A stretch of DNA of 64,000 bases from Vicinamibacteria bacterium (GTDB lineage Bacteria; Acidobacteriota; Vicinamibacteria; Vicinamibacterales; JAENWD01). The DNA is taken from NCBI GenBank assembly GCA_963806705.1, contig CAWDZE010000014.1:93054-157053 (forward strand). Reading direction: 5' to 3'. Positions 18,103 through 27,873 of this stretch are shown one piece after another. A program made the position numbers and the translations under genes. The first letter of the stretch is position 1. Every line of letters starts with the position of its first letter. The notes beneath the pieces are model-generated. The model worked only from the letters and a program-made list of their open reading frames with translations. It had not been told where the DNA came from and made no database searches.

Positions 18103-18758
18103 TGCCGGCACTTTTCGTCTTCGACCTCGACGGCACGCTCGTCGACTCGGCGCAGGACCTGGCCGACGCCGGCAATGCCGTGCTCGAGATCTACGGGCGC
18201 CCCGTGCTGCCGCGCCAACAGATTGTCACCATGGTGGGCGATGGCGCGCGCGAGCTGGTCCGCCGCCTGATCGCGGCCGCGGGCATCGACAGGCCGCTCG
18301 ACGAGGCGCTCGCGCAGTTCCTGGAGTGCTACGACCAGCGTCTGCTGGCGACGACGCGGCCGTACGACGGCGTGTTCACGGCACTGGAGGCGCTGGCGCC
18401 GGTGGCGCGCCTTGCCGTGCTCACCAATAAGCCCGAGGCGGCCACCCATCGGCTGCTCGAGGGACTCGAACTGCGGCACTACTTCAGCGACGTGATCGGC
18501 GGCGACTCGCCGTACGGCCGCAAGCCCGATCCGCGCGGGCTGTTCGCCCTGCTCGCGCGCGCCGATGTCGCGACCGAGAATGCGTTGATGGTCGGCGATT
18601 CGATGAACGACCTGCTGGTGGCCGAAGCCGCGTGCATTCCAATGTGCCTGGCACGCTACGGGTTCGGCTATCAGCTGATTGCGGAAGCCGATCGTCTTCG
18701 TGCGGCGCACACCATCGACGCCCCCGAGGAACTCATCGACCTCGTGCCGGTCAACTGA
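18102..18758 (+). CDS. gph: HAD-family phosphoglycolate phosphatase
   Basis: FVFDLDGTLVDS, LAVLTNKP, RKPDP, MVGDSMNDL. The start overlaps the queD stop (TGATG). Confidence 0.75.
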   Translation: MPALFVFDLDGTLVDSAQDLADAGNAVLEIYGRPVLPRQQIVTMVGDGARELVRRLIAAAGIDRPLDEALAQFLECYDQRLLATTRPYDGVFTALEALAPVARLAVLTNKPEAATHRLLEGLELRHYFSDVIGGDSPYGRKPDPRGLFALLARADVATENALMVGDSMNDLLVAEAACIPMCLARYGFGYQLIAEADRLRAAHTIDAPEELIDLVPVN

Positions 18759-18785
18759 CGCGGATCGTCGCTCGCGACTGCGCGG

Positions 18786-21109
18786 TCACCTGCGCTCGAG
18801 TCTGAGTACCTGGACGCCCGATGGCGGCAGCGCTACGGGCACGGCGACGCCCTCGGCCGTGCGTTTCAGCTCCACAGCCAACCCGCTGATCACGTCGGTC
18901 GCCGCGTAGCCGCCTTCGGGCCGCCGGAGTGTCACCACCGAGCGCGCCGCAACCCGGTCGTGATTGAAGATGAACAGCAGTGTCGCTGGTCCCGACTCGA
19001 GGTGCCGCGCTTCGATAGGACTGCCCGTCACGACCACGGGCGGCGTCGCACCGGCCCAGCCGACGAGCGCCGCGAAGAATCGTTCCGCGTCCGCCGACGG
19101 CGTGGATTGTGCGGCGGCGCTGACGTACGACCCCAACAGCAGCGTGCGCCCCTTGCCGAAGGTGGACATCACCGCCGCCGGAGACCCGTCGTCGAACTCG
19201 GCGACCACACGGGCCTGCGATGACACCGGTTCGAGTGTCTCCTTGTACCAGCGGCCTGGCAGCAGCTGGCCCTTGTCGAGGCCCGGCAGATCGGAGCTGG
19301 TCCAGCGGATCGCCGCGCCTTCCCTGGGCGAGGTCTCGATCGCGCTCTCGCGGGCGCCCATCACCTGCCACAACCCAAGCCCCGGGATGCGCTCCGACGC
19401 GTACCCACGCTCGTTGTTCCAGCCAAGGCGCGCCTCGGCGACCAGCGCGCCCCCGCCGCTGACGTAATCGGTGAGGGCCGGCACGGCCGCTTCGGGCAGC
19501 ATCAGCGGGTAAGGGAAGTACACCAGCTTGTACGGGCGGAGCGTGACGGCCGAAAGGTGATCGATGTGCACGTAGTCGACCGGCACGTTGCGGGCCAGCA
19601 GCGCGCGATGTATGCCGAGCAGCGAGTCGCGTTCGATGCCGATCACCTCGCCCTGTGGCCCGCCGTAGGCTGTGTCACGCTGGCGACCCCCGACAAAATG
19701 CGCGAGCGGGTTGTAGATCACGGCCACGTCGGCGCGCGGAGGCCTGGCGTCGAGGAAGAGCGGTTGATTCTTGTCGACGACCCTCGCAATCGAGCCGGCA
19801 AGCTTCGCGCGTTCCGTGACTGAGCCATCGAGCTCGTTGAGGCCGAACCCGCCCGACTCGTAGCCCGAGTTCATCGGATACCAGGCGTAGTAGTTGATGG
19901 CCTTGGCCCCGCGCGACAGCGCCGTCCACGTCCACACGTTGAGATCCGATGCCGTCACGGTTGGACTGACATTCACCGCGATCGTGCCGAAGCCGCTCTG
20001 CAACTCGCCCACCCAGAAGCCCTGACGGCCGCCGTCGTAGCCAAATGATCGCGTGAAGTCGAAGAGTGCCGCCCGCCATGACGCGTCTCGATCGACAAAC
20101 GCCGAGTGCTTCGGATAGAACGACGTTCCGTAGAAGTCCACCTTCCCGGCCATCGTCCAGTCGTCGGCCTGGCCTTCCCAGTGATGCGGCGACGCGAACA
20201 GTCCGACGCCTGCCGCGTGGCTGGTGACGATCGTCGACGGCGCCAGCTGTTTGACGGCTTGATAGCGATCGCGCAAGTCCTCGCCCAGCTTGTCGGCGAT
20301 GAACGTCTTCCAGTCGATGTAGTCGGTGTAGGAAAGGATCGTGCTCATGCGGCCCGGCTCGACCTGGTCCCAGTTGCTGAACCGCCGGTACCATGCCTCG
20401 TTCAGTTTCTCGAGCGAGCCTGTACTTCGCTCTGCAGCCAGCCACGAAAGCGGCGAATCGTGTGCGGGCAGAAGCAGAACTCGGGGTTCGGGATCCACGT
20501 CGGGTTCGCCCAGTTGATCACGTGGGGCTCGCTCCAGAGGTCCCATCCAACAAAGGCAGGGCTGCGCCGCGAGCGGTTGGCCAACGCCGCGTAGAAGGCG
20601 TTGTCGGCTGTGCGCACGCCCGCGTGATCGCGGCAGTAGCCTGGAGAGGACTCGGGACGAATGACCTGCCCGTTCGACGAGACGAACATCGAATCGGGGA
20701 ACTGCTCGCCCACCCACTGCGGCGCCGAGTCCATGTAGACCTGCAGGACCAGCTTGAGCCCCTCTTCTTCAGCGAGCTCCAGGAGCACGTCGAACGTCTC
20801 GAAGTCGTATTGACCTCGGGCCGGTTCGCCTGACGCCCAGTCGATCCACGCGCGAATCGTGTTGAAGCCGAGCGCCTTGATCTGCTTGACGTCCTTTCGC
20901 CAGCTCTCCTTTTTTGAGCGTGCCTGGCGCTCGATCATCGGCGCGCGAGCCTTGCCGCCGCCGTACCAGACCGCGACTGGGAAGAACCGCGTGGTATCTG
21001 GCGCCGGCTGCGCGGAGGTCGCAGCCCGCTGCGCCCACATCATGCCCGCGCTCGTCAGCAGAATCGCGACCGCGCAAAGCCCGGCGGAACGATGTCGTCC
21101 ACGTTTCAT
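18786..21109 (-). pseudogene. GH42-family beta-galactosidase with signal peptide; frame broken at ~20421-20431 as assembled
   Basis: The N-terminal part is track ORF 20402..21325 from MKRGRHRSAGL... to ...CFCPHTIRRFRGWLQ. The rest is ORF 18786..20717 (...GSLEKLNEAWYRRFSNWDQ...). Removing one nt before GTAC (20422-25) and one before CTGCAG (20432-37) restores WLQAKYGSLEKLNEAW. Confidence 0.8.
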
Positions 21110-21203
21110 GTCAGTCTCTGCGCGTTTTGAGGCAGGCAGTCGAGCACCATCGGGCACGAATATAGTCGAGGCGAGGGCTGGAGGCGCGGCCCGGGCGAGC
21201 GCG

Positions 21204-22049
21204 CTAGAACGGCAACTCGTACGAGAAGTATCCGAACAGTCCCGTGAAGGTCTCGTCATTGGCCCGGAAGACAGGCACCGCCAGGCCGACGACGATCTGC
21301 TTGTCGCCGATGTTCCACCCTCCACGTACGCCCGGCGAGATGGTGAAGGACGTGTTACGGTCGGTCGCGCCCGGGCCCGCCACCCCCTCGCGCCAGGTCA
21401 CCACGCTCTCGAGCATCAGATTGAACATCGGACGCAGCCGGTAGATGGCGCTCCCGGCCACAAACGGGCTCGTGAGGCTGACATCTTCCGCCGGGGCAAA
21501 GCCCGCACTTGGAAACTCATCGGTCGGCAGGCTCGGAAACCAGGTCAGCCCGGCGTTGCCGTGCAGATAGAAGTCGCCAGCCTGCTTGCTGACCGGCAGG
21601 TTGAACTGCCAACCCCAGCCCCCGAATCCGAGACCGCGCTGCTCATCGCCCGAGGGGAGGAGCAGCGACACTCGCGGCGACATCGCCGGGCGGCCCGGGC
21701 CCTCCTCGAGCAGCTGGTAGCGATAGTTCACCAGTGTGTCGCCAACTCCGGTCTCTTCCGCGACGTTGACCAGCGTTGCCGTGTACGACAACTGGTGCTT
21801 CATCGACGGGGCGGGCCATTCCTGGGTGAACGCGATTGCCCACGCCCCGCCTTCTTCGCCCCGCAGTGCGCCGACGATGTTCTGAAAGACGCGCGGTTCC
21901 TGGTTGAAGGCCTCTTCGACGAAAAACGAGTTGTCGGTGATCGCGAAGGGCTCAGGCGCCGCAGCCTGCGAAGCAGGCGAAGGCAGCGCCTGCGCCCAGG
22001 CCGACGTCACCAGGGCCAGCACGAATACCGCCACTGACAAGACCTCCAC
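21204..22049 (-). CDS. outer-membrane beta-barrel protein (MetA-pathway/'transporter' OMP-like), in frame with the upstream repressor
   Basis: Signal-like VAVFVLALVTSAWA/QA, FAITDNSFFVEEAFNQE, GVGDTLVNYRY, LLLPSGDEQRGLGFGGWGW, C-terminal ...YFSYELPF. Candidate internal starts are GTG 22049 and GTG 22034; GGAGG lies 8 nt upstream of the latter. Confidence 0.65.
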   Translation of the reverse strand: MEVLSVAVFVLALVTSAWAQALPSPASQAAAPEPFAITDNSFFVEEAFNQEPRVFQNIVGALRGEEGGAWAIAFTQEWPAPSMKHQLSYTATLVNVAEETGVGDTLVNYRYQLLEEGPGRPAMSPRVSLLLPSGDEQRGLGFGGWGWQFNLPVSKQAGDFYLHGNAGLTWFPSLPTDEFPSAGFAPAEDVSLTSPFVAGSAIYRLRPMFNLMLESVVTWREGVAGPGATDRNTSFTISPGVRGGWNIGDKQIVVGLAVPVFRANDETFTGLFGYFSYELPF

Positions 22050-22706
22050 GAGCAGCTTCGACGCGGCACGGGCGCCGATGGTGAGCGGCTCTGCGTCCTT
22101 GCACCGCACGCGCACGCTGTCGGCCGCTTCGTCGCGCGACTCGACGCGCAACTCCTGTCCCGGCTTCAGGTGGCTCTGCTCCAGGAAGCGGAGGAACGCC
22201 GCGTCCTGATCGGCCACGCGCCTGACCGACAACGGCACGCCCAACGGGCAGGTGAGCAGGCTGTGCAGCTCGCGTTCGGTGACGAAGCCCTCGGCGTTGG
22301 GAATCGGATCGCCGTGCGGATCGACTTCGGGGTGTCCCAACATCTCATCCATCCGCTCGATCAGCCGTTCGGAGACAACGTGCTCCAGCTTCTCGGCCTC
22401 GTCGTGCACCTCGTCCCAGCTCATCCCCATCACGCGCACCAGGAACAGCTCCACCAGCCGGTGCCTGCGAATCACCAGCCCAGCCAGGCGCTCACCGGCC
22501 GGCAGCAACCGGACGCCGACGTAGGGCTCGTAGTGCACCAGACCTGCCTCGTTGAGCGCCTTGACCATCGTGGTCGCGGTGCCCGGCGTGACCCCCATCG
22601 CCGAGGCAAGCTGCCCCATCCCGACCAGGTGGGTCGGATCGGAAAGCGTAAGTTGCTGCAGGTGAATGACTTTCAGGTAGTTCTCGACGGTGCTTGACGG
22701 CAGCAT
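22050..22706 (-). CDS. DtxR/MntR/IdeR-family metal-dependent repressor with FeoA-like C-terminal domain; no stop codon before the OMP segment
   Basis: STVENYLKVIHLQQ...GVTPGTATTMVKALNEAGLV (HTH), RRHRLVELFL, DEVHDEAEKLEHVVS (metal sites), ...RVADQDAAFLRFLEQSHLKPGQELRVES.. (FeoA/SH3-like). Part of the single 500-aa ORF 21204..22706. Confidence 0.8.
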
Positions 22707-22786
22707 TAAGGGCAGTTCCTTGAAGTTTGAAGTATGGTAGCTTGACTTTTGGCAGCGGTCTAGTAGATATTTTGGTCAGTCAAAAA

Positions 22787-23841
22787 ATGCGCTGGTCACT
22801 TTCCCGCCGTTCCTGGCTTCAGGCCGCCGGGCTCGGATCTCTCATCGGCACGGTCGGCGCGGTGCGTCGCATCGCCGGCCAGGCTGCCGATCCCTGCAGC
22901 GGTCAGGTGCTCGGACATGCCGGTCACGCGCTGGGCACCGTAGGCTCGGTTGATACGTCGCTGTTCGACCCGACGCGTACCTGCGGTCGTTCAACTTCTC
23001 GCACCTGCCTGACGATCAGCGAGCGCGGTTCTATCGCGAGACACCACGCCCCGATGGCTCGCTGCTGCGCGATACGAGATTTTCGCGGTCGATCGCGAGA
23101 TTGAGATCGCGCCGGGCGTGAAGTTCCCGGCCTGGGCCTACAACGGCCAGGTGCCGGGTCCCACGATTCGCGCGACGCACGGCGACCTGGTCCGCGTGCA
23201 CTTCGTCAACCAGGGCGCGCACCCGCACACGATTCACTTTCACGGCTGGCACCATCCGGACATGGACGGCTCGCTGCCCGCAGCACCAGGTGATGCCAGG
23301 CAAGGACTTCACTTACGAGTTCGAGGCGGACCCGTTCGGACTGCACCTGTACCACTGCCACGCGGTCCCGCTGAAGCGGCACATTCACAAAGGCCTCTAC
23401 GGCACGTTCATCGTCGATCCGAAGGGCGCGGACCAGACACCACGCGACGAGTTCGTGATGATGATGAACGCGTTCGACACGAACTTCGACAACGAGAACG
23501 AGATCTACTCGGTCAACACCGTCGCGCACTATCACATGCACCACCCGATCCGGGTGACCGTGGGTAAGCCGGTGCGGATCTACCTGGTGAACATCACCGA
23601 GTTCGATCTGATCAACAGCTTCCACGTGCACGGCATGTTCTTCACGGTGAACCGCACGGGCACTGCCTCGGCGACCAGCGAGCTCACCGATACGCTGACG
23701 CTCTGCCAGGGCGAACGCGCCATGCTCGAGACCACGTTCCGCTACGCGGGCGACTTCATGTTCCACGCGCATCAGAGCGAGTTTGCGGAACTCGGCTGGA
23801 TGGGATTCTTCCGCGCCTTGGAGGCTGGCCGTGACACCTGA
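22787..23841 (+). pseudogene. Tat-exported two-domain multicopper oxidase; three frame breaks as assembled
   Basis: MRWSLSRRSWLQAAGLG (twin-Arg). The frame path is mod2->mod1 at 22977, mod1->mod0 at 23072/73 and mod0->mod1 at 23277-80. Corrected, it reads ...DPTRYLRSFNF...LLREYEIFAVDREIEIAPGVKFPAWAYNGQVPGPT...HTIHFHGWH...HLYHCH...FHVHG...FMFHAHQ. Confidence 0.8.
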
Positions 23842-25081
23842 GGCCTCGAGCACGCCGGCCACGACGACTGTGTCGGTCGCGTCGCGCGGCTCGCTGACGA
23901 CGTGGGTGCTGGCCCTTGTGCCGCTGCTGCTGCTGGGCGGGCTGCTCCTGTGGATCGTGCGCAGCGGTCCGGCCGATGCCGTTCGCGGCGCGGGATATCC
24001 GCCGGTGGAGAAGCTGGCATTCCAGCGCGTCTCGCTCGGCTCCGACGGGATCACGGTCGACGTACTCAACGACGGGCCCGACCCCTCGACCATCGCACAG
24101 GTCGTCGTCGACGACGCCTTCTGGGCGTTCACGTCGGAGTCGTCGACCACGCTGGCGCATTTTGGAAGAACGCGACTGAAGATCCCGTACCCGTGGGTGC
24201 ACGGCGAGACGCATGTCCTGCGTCTTGTCACCGCGACGGGCCTGACCTTCGATCACACGATTGCCGTCGCCGTGCCCACGCCGACTCCTTCGTCGTCGAC
24301 GTTGTGGACGTTTGCCCTGATCGGGTTGTACGTCGGCGTGATTCCGGTGGCGATTGGGCTGTTGTGGTTCCCGCTGATGGGGCGGCTGGGCCGCCGGGGC
24401 CTCGATTTCGTGCTCGCGCTGACCATTGGCCTCCTGATGTTCCTGCTCGTCGATGCCGCAGCCGAGTCGCTCGAGTCGTCGGCCGCCGTGCCGGGCTCGT
24501 TTCAGGGCGTGGTGCTGGCCGTGTTTGCCGCCGCGGCGGCCTTTCTTGGCCTCGAGGCGTTTGGCAACTGGCTCCGCGATCGGCGGGCGTCGGCCCGCGC
24601 AGCCGGCGGCGCCGGCTCGGTGCTGGCGCTGCTCATCGCCGTTGGCATCGGCCTGCACAACTTCGGTGAGGGCCTGGCCATTGGCGCGGCTTTCGCCCTG
24701 GGCGAAGCGGCGCTGGGCAGCCTGCTGATCATCGGCTTCACGCTGCACAACACGACCGAGGGGCTTGCGATCGTCGCGCCGCTCTCGCGTGACTACCGCG
24801 ACGGCACCCGGCCGCCGATCCCGACGCTGCTGCTCCTCGGGCTCATCGGCGGCGCGCCGACGATTGCCGGCGCCTGGCTCGGCGGCTTCGTGTATTCGCC
24901 GGTCTGGTCGGTGATTTTCCTGGCCCTGGGTGTAGGCGCGATCGCGCAGGTCACGGTCCAGATTCTCACGCAGGTCGCTTCAGACCGTCCCATCCTCCGA
25001 TATCTCGGGACGGGGCCGGTGCTGGCCGGGCTGACGGCCGGATTCGCGGTGATGTATGTCACCGGCATGTTGATTGGGTGA
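23831..25081 (+). CDS. ZIP-family divalent metal transporter with ~150-aa N-terminal TM plus extracytoplasmic extension
   Basis: GIGLHNFGEGLAIG and FTLHNTTEGLAIV (ZIP metal-site helices). GTG 23831 overlaps the oxidase stop. Confidence 0.8.
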   Translation: MTPEASSTPATTTVSVASRGSLTTWVLALVPLLLLGGLLLWIVRSGPADAVRGAGYPPVEKLAFQRVSLGSDGITVDVLNDGPDPSTIAQVVVDDAFWAFTSESSTTLAHFGRTRLKIPYPWVHGETHVLRLVTATGLTFDHTIAVAVPTPTPSSSTLWTFALIGLYVGVIPVAIGLLWFPLMGRLGRRGLDFVLALTIGLLMFLLVDAAAESLESSAAVPGSFQGVVLAVFAAAAAFLGLEAFGNWLRDRRASARAAGGAGSVLALLIAVGIGLHNFGEGLAIGAAFALGEAALGSLLIIGFTLHNTTEGLAIVAPLSRDYRDGTRPPIPTLLLLGLIGGAPTIAGAWLGGFVYSPVWSVIFLALGVGAIAQVTVQILTQVASDRPILRYLGTGPVLAGLTAGFAVMYVTGMLIG

Positions 25082-25094
25082 ACCGAACTTGACG

Positions 25095-25487
25095 ATGCGA
25101 GCCAGGACGTGGACAGGTGTGACGATGATTGCGGCGGCGGTGGCCCTGGTGGTCGCGGCCGTCGTGGGCATCGCCGGCGCCCGCGAGGAGGTGCGTGAGA
25201 TTCACCTCGCCGCCAGGGGCATGGCGTTCTATCTCGACTCCGATCCAGCCGCGCCCAACCCCACCATCGCCGTGCAGCGCGGCGAGCGCGTGCGCTTCGT
25301 CCTCCGCAACGAGACGCCCGGAATCGTTCACGACCTCGCGATCGCGACCTTTGGTGTCGGCCTGACGCCCATCGCTGTGGGGCAGGTCGCGGCGTTCGAC
25401 CTCGAAGTGCCCGACCTGCCGGGACGACACGAGTACGCCTGCCGTCCCCATGCGGTCATGATGAAGGGCATCGTGGAGATTCGATAG
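25095..25487 (+). CDS. membrane-anchored cupredoxin (plastocyanin/azurin-like blue copper protein)
   Basis: TM MIAAAVALVVAAVV. Candidate ligand pattern ..VHDL.. and EYACRPHAVMM (Cys-x2-His-x3-Met). The track start TTG 25074 is also possible. Confidence 0.65.
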   Translation: MRARTWTGVTMIAAAVALVVAAVVGIAGAREEVREIHLAARGMAFYLDSDPAAPNPTIAVQRGERVRFVLRNETPGIVHDLAIATFGVGLTPIAVGQVAAFDLEVPDLPGRHEYACRPHAVMMKGIVEIR

Positions 25488-25504
25488 TCTCGAGCCTTCA
25501 GTCA

Positions 25505-26221
25505 GTGTCACTCCGTTCGGACATCAGCACCCCGGCGGGCAAGTCTCCCTACGTCCGCCGCCTGTTCTCCGCCATCGCCGATCGCTACGACCTCATCACG
25601 CTCCTGCTCTCCTACGGGCAAGACGGCCGGTGGAAGCGGCGACTTGTCGGATTGGCCGGTCCGCTCCAGTGCCGCCGCGTGCTCGACTTGGCGTGCGGGA
25701 CCGGCGACATCGCGCTGCTGGCGGCGGCTGCGGGCGCCGACGTCACGGCGCTCGACATCACGCCGCGGATGATCGCGCTGGCCCGGGTGAAGGCGCAGGC
25801 GCGCGGGGCGCGCACGCGATTCCTGGTCGGCGACATGACGGCCCTGCCGCTGCCCGATGGCTGCGTGGATCTGGTGACGACGGGATATGGCCTTCGCAAC
25901 GTCCCCGACCTCGACGCGGCCCTTCGTGAGATCTACCGGGTTCTCAAGCCCGGGGGGCGTGTGTTGTCGCTCGACTTCAATCGCCCGTCGTGGCCGCCCC
26001 TCCGTCTCGCCTACCACGCCTACCTCACCGTCGTCGGCAGCGCGCTCGGCCTGGTGTTGCATGGCGACCCGGATACCTACCGCTACATCCCCGAGTCCAT
26101 ACGCCTCCACCCGGGGGCGCCGGCGGTGGTCGATCGCTTTCGGAATGCCGGCTTTGGCACCGCCCGGTGGCATCGCGTGCTGGGAGGGCTGCTGGCGATT
26201 CACGAGGCCGAGCGGGCGTGA
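25505..26221 (+). CDS. ubiE: demethylmenaquinone/ubiquinone C-methyltransferase
   Basis: VRRLFSAIADRYDLITLLLSYGQDGRWKR, VLDLACGTGDIA, GYGLRNVPD, LKPGGRVLSLDF. Confidence 0.85.
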   Translation: MSLRSDISTPAGKSPYVRRLFSAIADRYDLITLLLSYGQDGRWKRRLVGLAGPLQCRRVLDLACGTGDIALLAAAAGADVTALDITPRMIALARVKAQARGARTRFLVGDMTALPLPDGCVDLVTTGYGLRNVPDLDAALREIYRVLKPGGRVLSLDFNRPSWPPLRLAYHAYLTVVGSALGLVLHGDPDTYRYIPESIRLHPGAPAVVDRFRNAGFGTARWHRVLGGLLAIHEAERA

Positions 26222-26298
26222 CGCAGTGTGCAGCGATGCGCCAGCCCTTGCATGTTTTTGCCCTTCAGCCTAAAGTCCAACCGCCGATCGCCCGAAAA

Positions 26299-27873
26299 AT
26301 GCCTCGGGAGCCGTCCGTGCATCTCGTTGATTCCCTGTTGGCAGCAATCGTTCGAGAAGACGGGGAGTCGCTGGTGTTGCACGTCGGCGAGCGGCCCGTG
26401 GTCGTCTCATCACGTGGGCCGTCCGAGATCGCCTCGAGCGCCATGACGCTCGAGTCCATGGACGGGTTGCTGGCGGACTTGCTGAAGTCCGAGGCACGCC
26501 AGGCCCTGGCCGAATTTGGCGCCGTCGAGGCTGATGTGGCGCCGTCCTCGCTCGTGCCTGACGAGCGATTCACCGTCGTGGCCGCCCGTGGCGGCGACGA
26601 CATATGGATTGAAATCCGCCGGCGACGCCCCACCGCCGGCTCGGCTCCCCAGCGCCCGAGCGAGGCCCCCATGCCAGCCGGACGCAACTCCGACGTACCG
26701 TCTCACCAGTCCGAACCGGCGGTCGTGCTGCCGTTGTCGCGCAACCCCGCGCGTGGCGGTGTACCTGCGCGCCAGGTTGCGCGGCTCACCGGGCTGGACC
26801 GGTTGCTGAAGCTGGCTGCGGCTCGGGGCGCCGAAGCGCTGTTCCTGTTCTCGCAGTCGCGGCCCTCGATCAGGGTCGACGGCGAAATTCACGCGCTCGA
26901 GGGCGAGGCTGTGCTCGGGCCGCTGGACGTCGAAGGCCTGATGTTCGAGGTGCTTCCCGAGCGGCCCGACGAGCCCCTGCCGTCAGGCAGCGAATGGATC
27001 TGCGACGTCAAGGACGTCGGCAAAGTGCGTTGCCTGTCGTTCAGGGACCACCGCGGGCCCGGCGGCATCTTCCGGATAATTCCCGCGCGCGTGGCCTCGG
27101 CCGACCAGCTCGGGCTGTCGCGCGAGATTCAGGCGCTGTGTGCCGAACCGGAAGGGCTGATCCTGGTTACCGGTCCGCGCGCCAGCGGCAAGTCCACCCT
27201 GCTGGCCGCGTTCGCGGATCTGGTCAACCGCACGCGCGGCGAGTACGTGATCACGCTCGAGACGCGCGTGAAGGTGCTGCACGACAGCCGCACCGGTCTC
27301 ATCAGCCAGCGGGAAGTCCGCGGGAACACCGACGAGCTACTGGCGACCTTGCGCGGCGCGCTTCGCGAGAGCCCGGACGTTCTCGTGATCGAGGAACTGC
27401 GCTCGCCAGAGGTCGTGGCGGAAGCCATCGAGGCGGCCGGCTCGGGCCATCTGGTGATCTGCGGCCTGCCGGCGCCGAGCGCGCCGGAAGCCGTTGAACG
27501 CCTGCTCGACCTGTGTCCGCCGGAGCGGCGCGTGCAGCTTCAGGCGCTGGTCGCCAAGACGCTTCGCGGCGTCGTCGCGCAGGTGCTGCTGCGCAAGAGC
27601 GGCGGCGGGCGCGTCGCGGCGCGCGAGCTGCTGCTGGGCACGCCAGGTGTGAGCGGCCTGATTGCGGAGGGCAAGATCGCGCAACTGACGCTCGCGCTCG
27701 ACAACGGCCGGCGTCACGGAATGGTGCCGCTGACCGACGCGCTGGTGGCCTTCGTGCAAAGCGGGGTCGTGGACGTGAAAGAGGCCTGGCGCCGTGCCAG
27801 CGACCGCGCCAGCCTGCTGAAACAGCTGAAGCGCGAAGGCATCGACACGTCGTTTACGGAACGGCTCGCCTGA
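26299..27873 (+). CDS. PilT/PilU-like secretion-family ATPase with an extra N-terminal domain copy and degenerate Asp/His boxes
   Basis: GLILVTGPRASGKSTLL (Walker A), DVLVIEELRS (Walker B). The Asp box reads ITLETRVK and the His box GHLVICGLPAP. Alternative start ATG 26236; the longer track ORF overlaps ubiE. Confidence 0.7.
   Translation: MPREPSVHLVDSLLAAIVREDGESLVLHVGERPVVVSSRGPSEIASSAMTLESMDGLLADLLKSEARQALAEFGAVEADVAPSSLVPDERFTVVAARGGDDIWIEIRRRRPTAGSAPQRPSEAPMPAGRNSDVPSHQSEPAVVLPLSRNPARGGVPARQVARLTGLDRLLKLAAARGAEALFLFSQSRPSIRVDGEIHALEGEAVLGPLDVEGLMFEVLPERPDEPLPSGSEWICDVKDVGKVRCLSFRDHRGPGGIFRIIPARVASADQLGLSREIQALCAEPEGLILVTGPRASGKSTLLAAFADLVNRTRGEYVITLETRVKVLHDSRTGLISQREVRGNTDELLATLRGALRESPDVLVIEELRSPEVVAEAIEAAGSGHLVICGLPAPSAPEAVERLLDLCPPERRVQLQALVAKTLRGVVAQVLLRKSGGGRVAARELLLGTPGVSGLIAEGKIAQLTLALDNGRRHGMVPLTDALVAFVQSGVVDVKEAWRRASDRASLLKQLKREGIDTSFTERLA

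Noticed and set aside
16945-18111. 388-aa track ORF as an extended QueC; also 25990..27873 as a 627-aa PilT-like protein and 4206..5576 as a 456-aa amidase.
   Set aside because: The N-terminal extensions overlap neighbouring real genes (queD antisense, the ubiE 3' end, the upstream gene) and are low-complexity. Internal starts (17649, 26299/26236, 4551) give family-typical N-termini.
22707-22786. DtxR/MntR operator palindrome in the divergent spacer.
   Set aside because: I see only a direct repeat (TTGAAGTTTGAAG) and a promoter-like TTGACT-16-TAGATA, with no convincing 19-bp palindrome. No operator is called.
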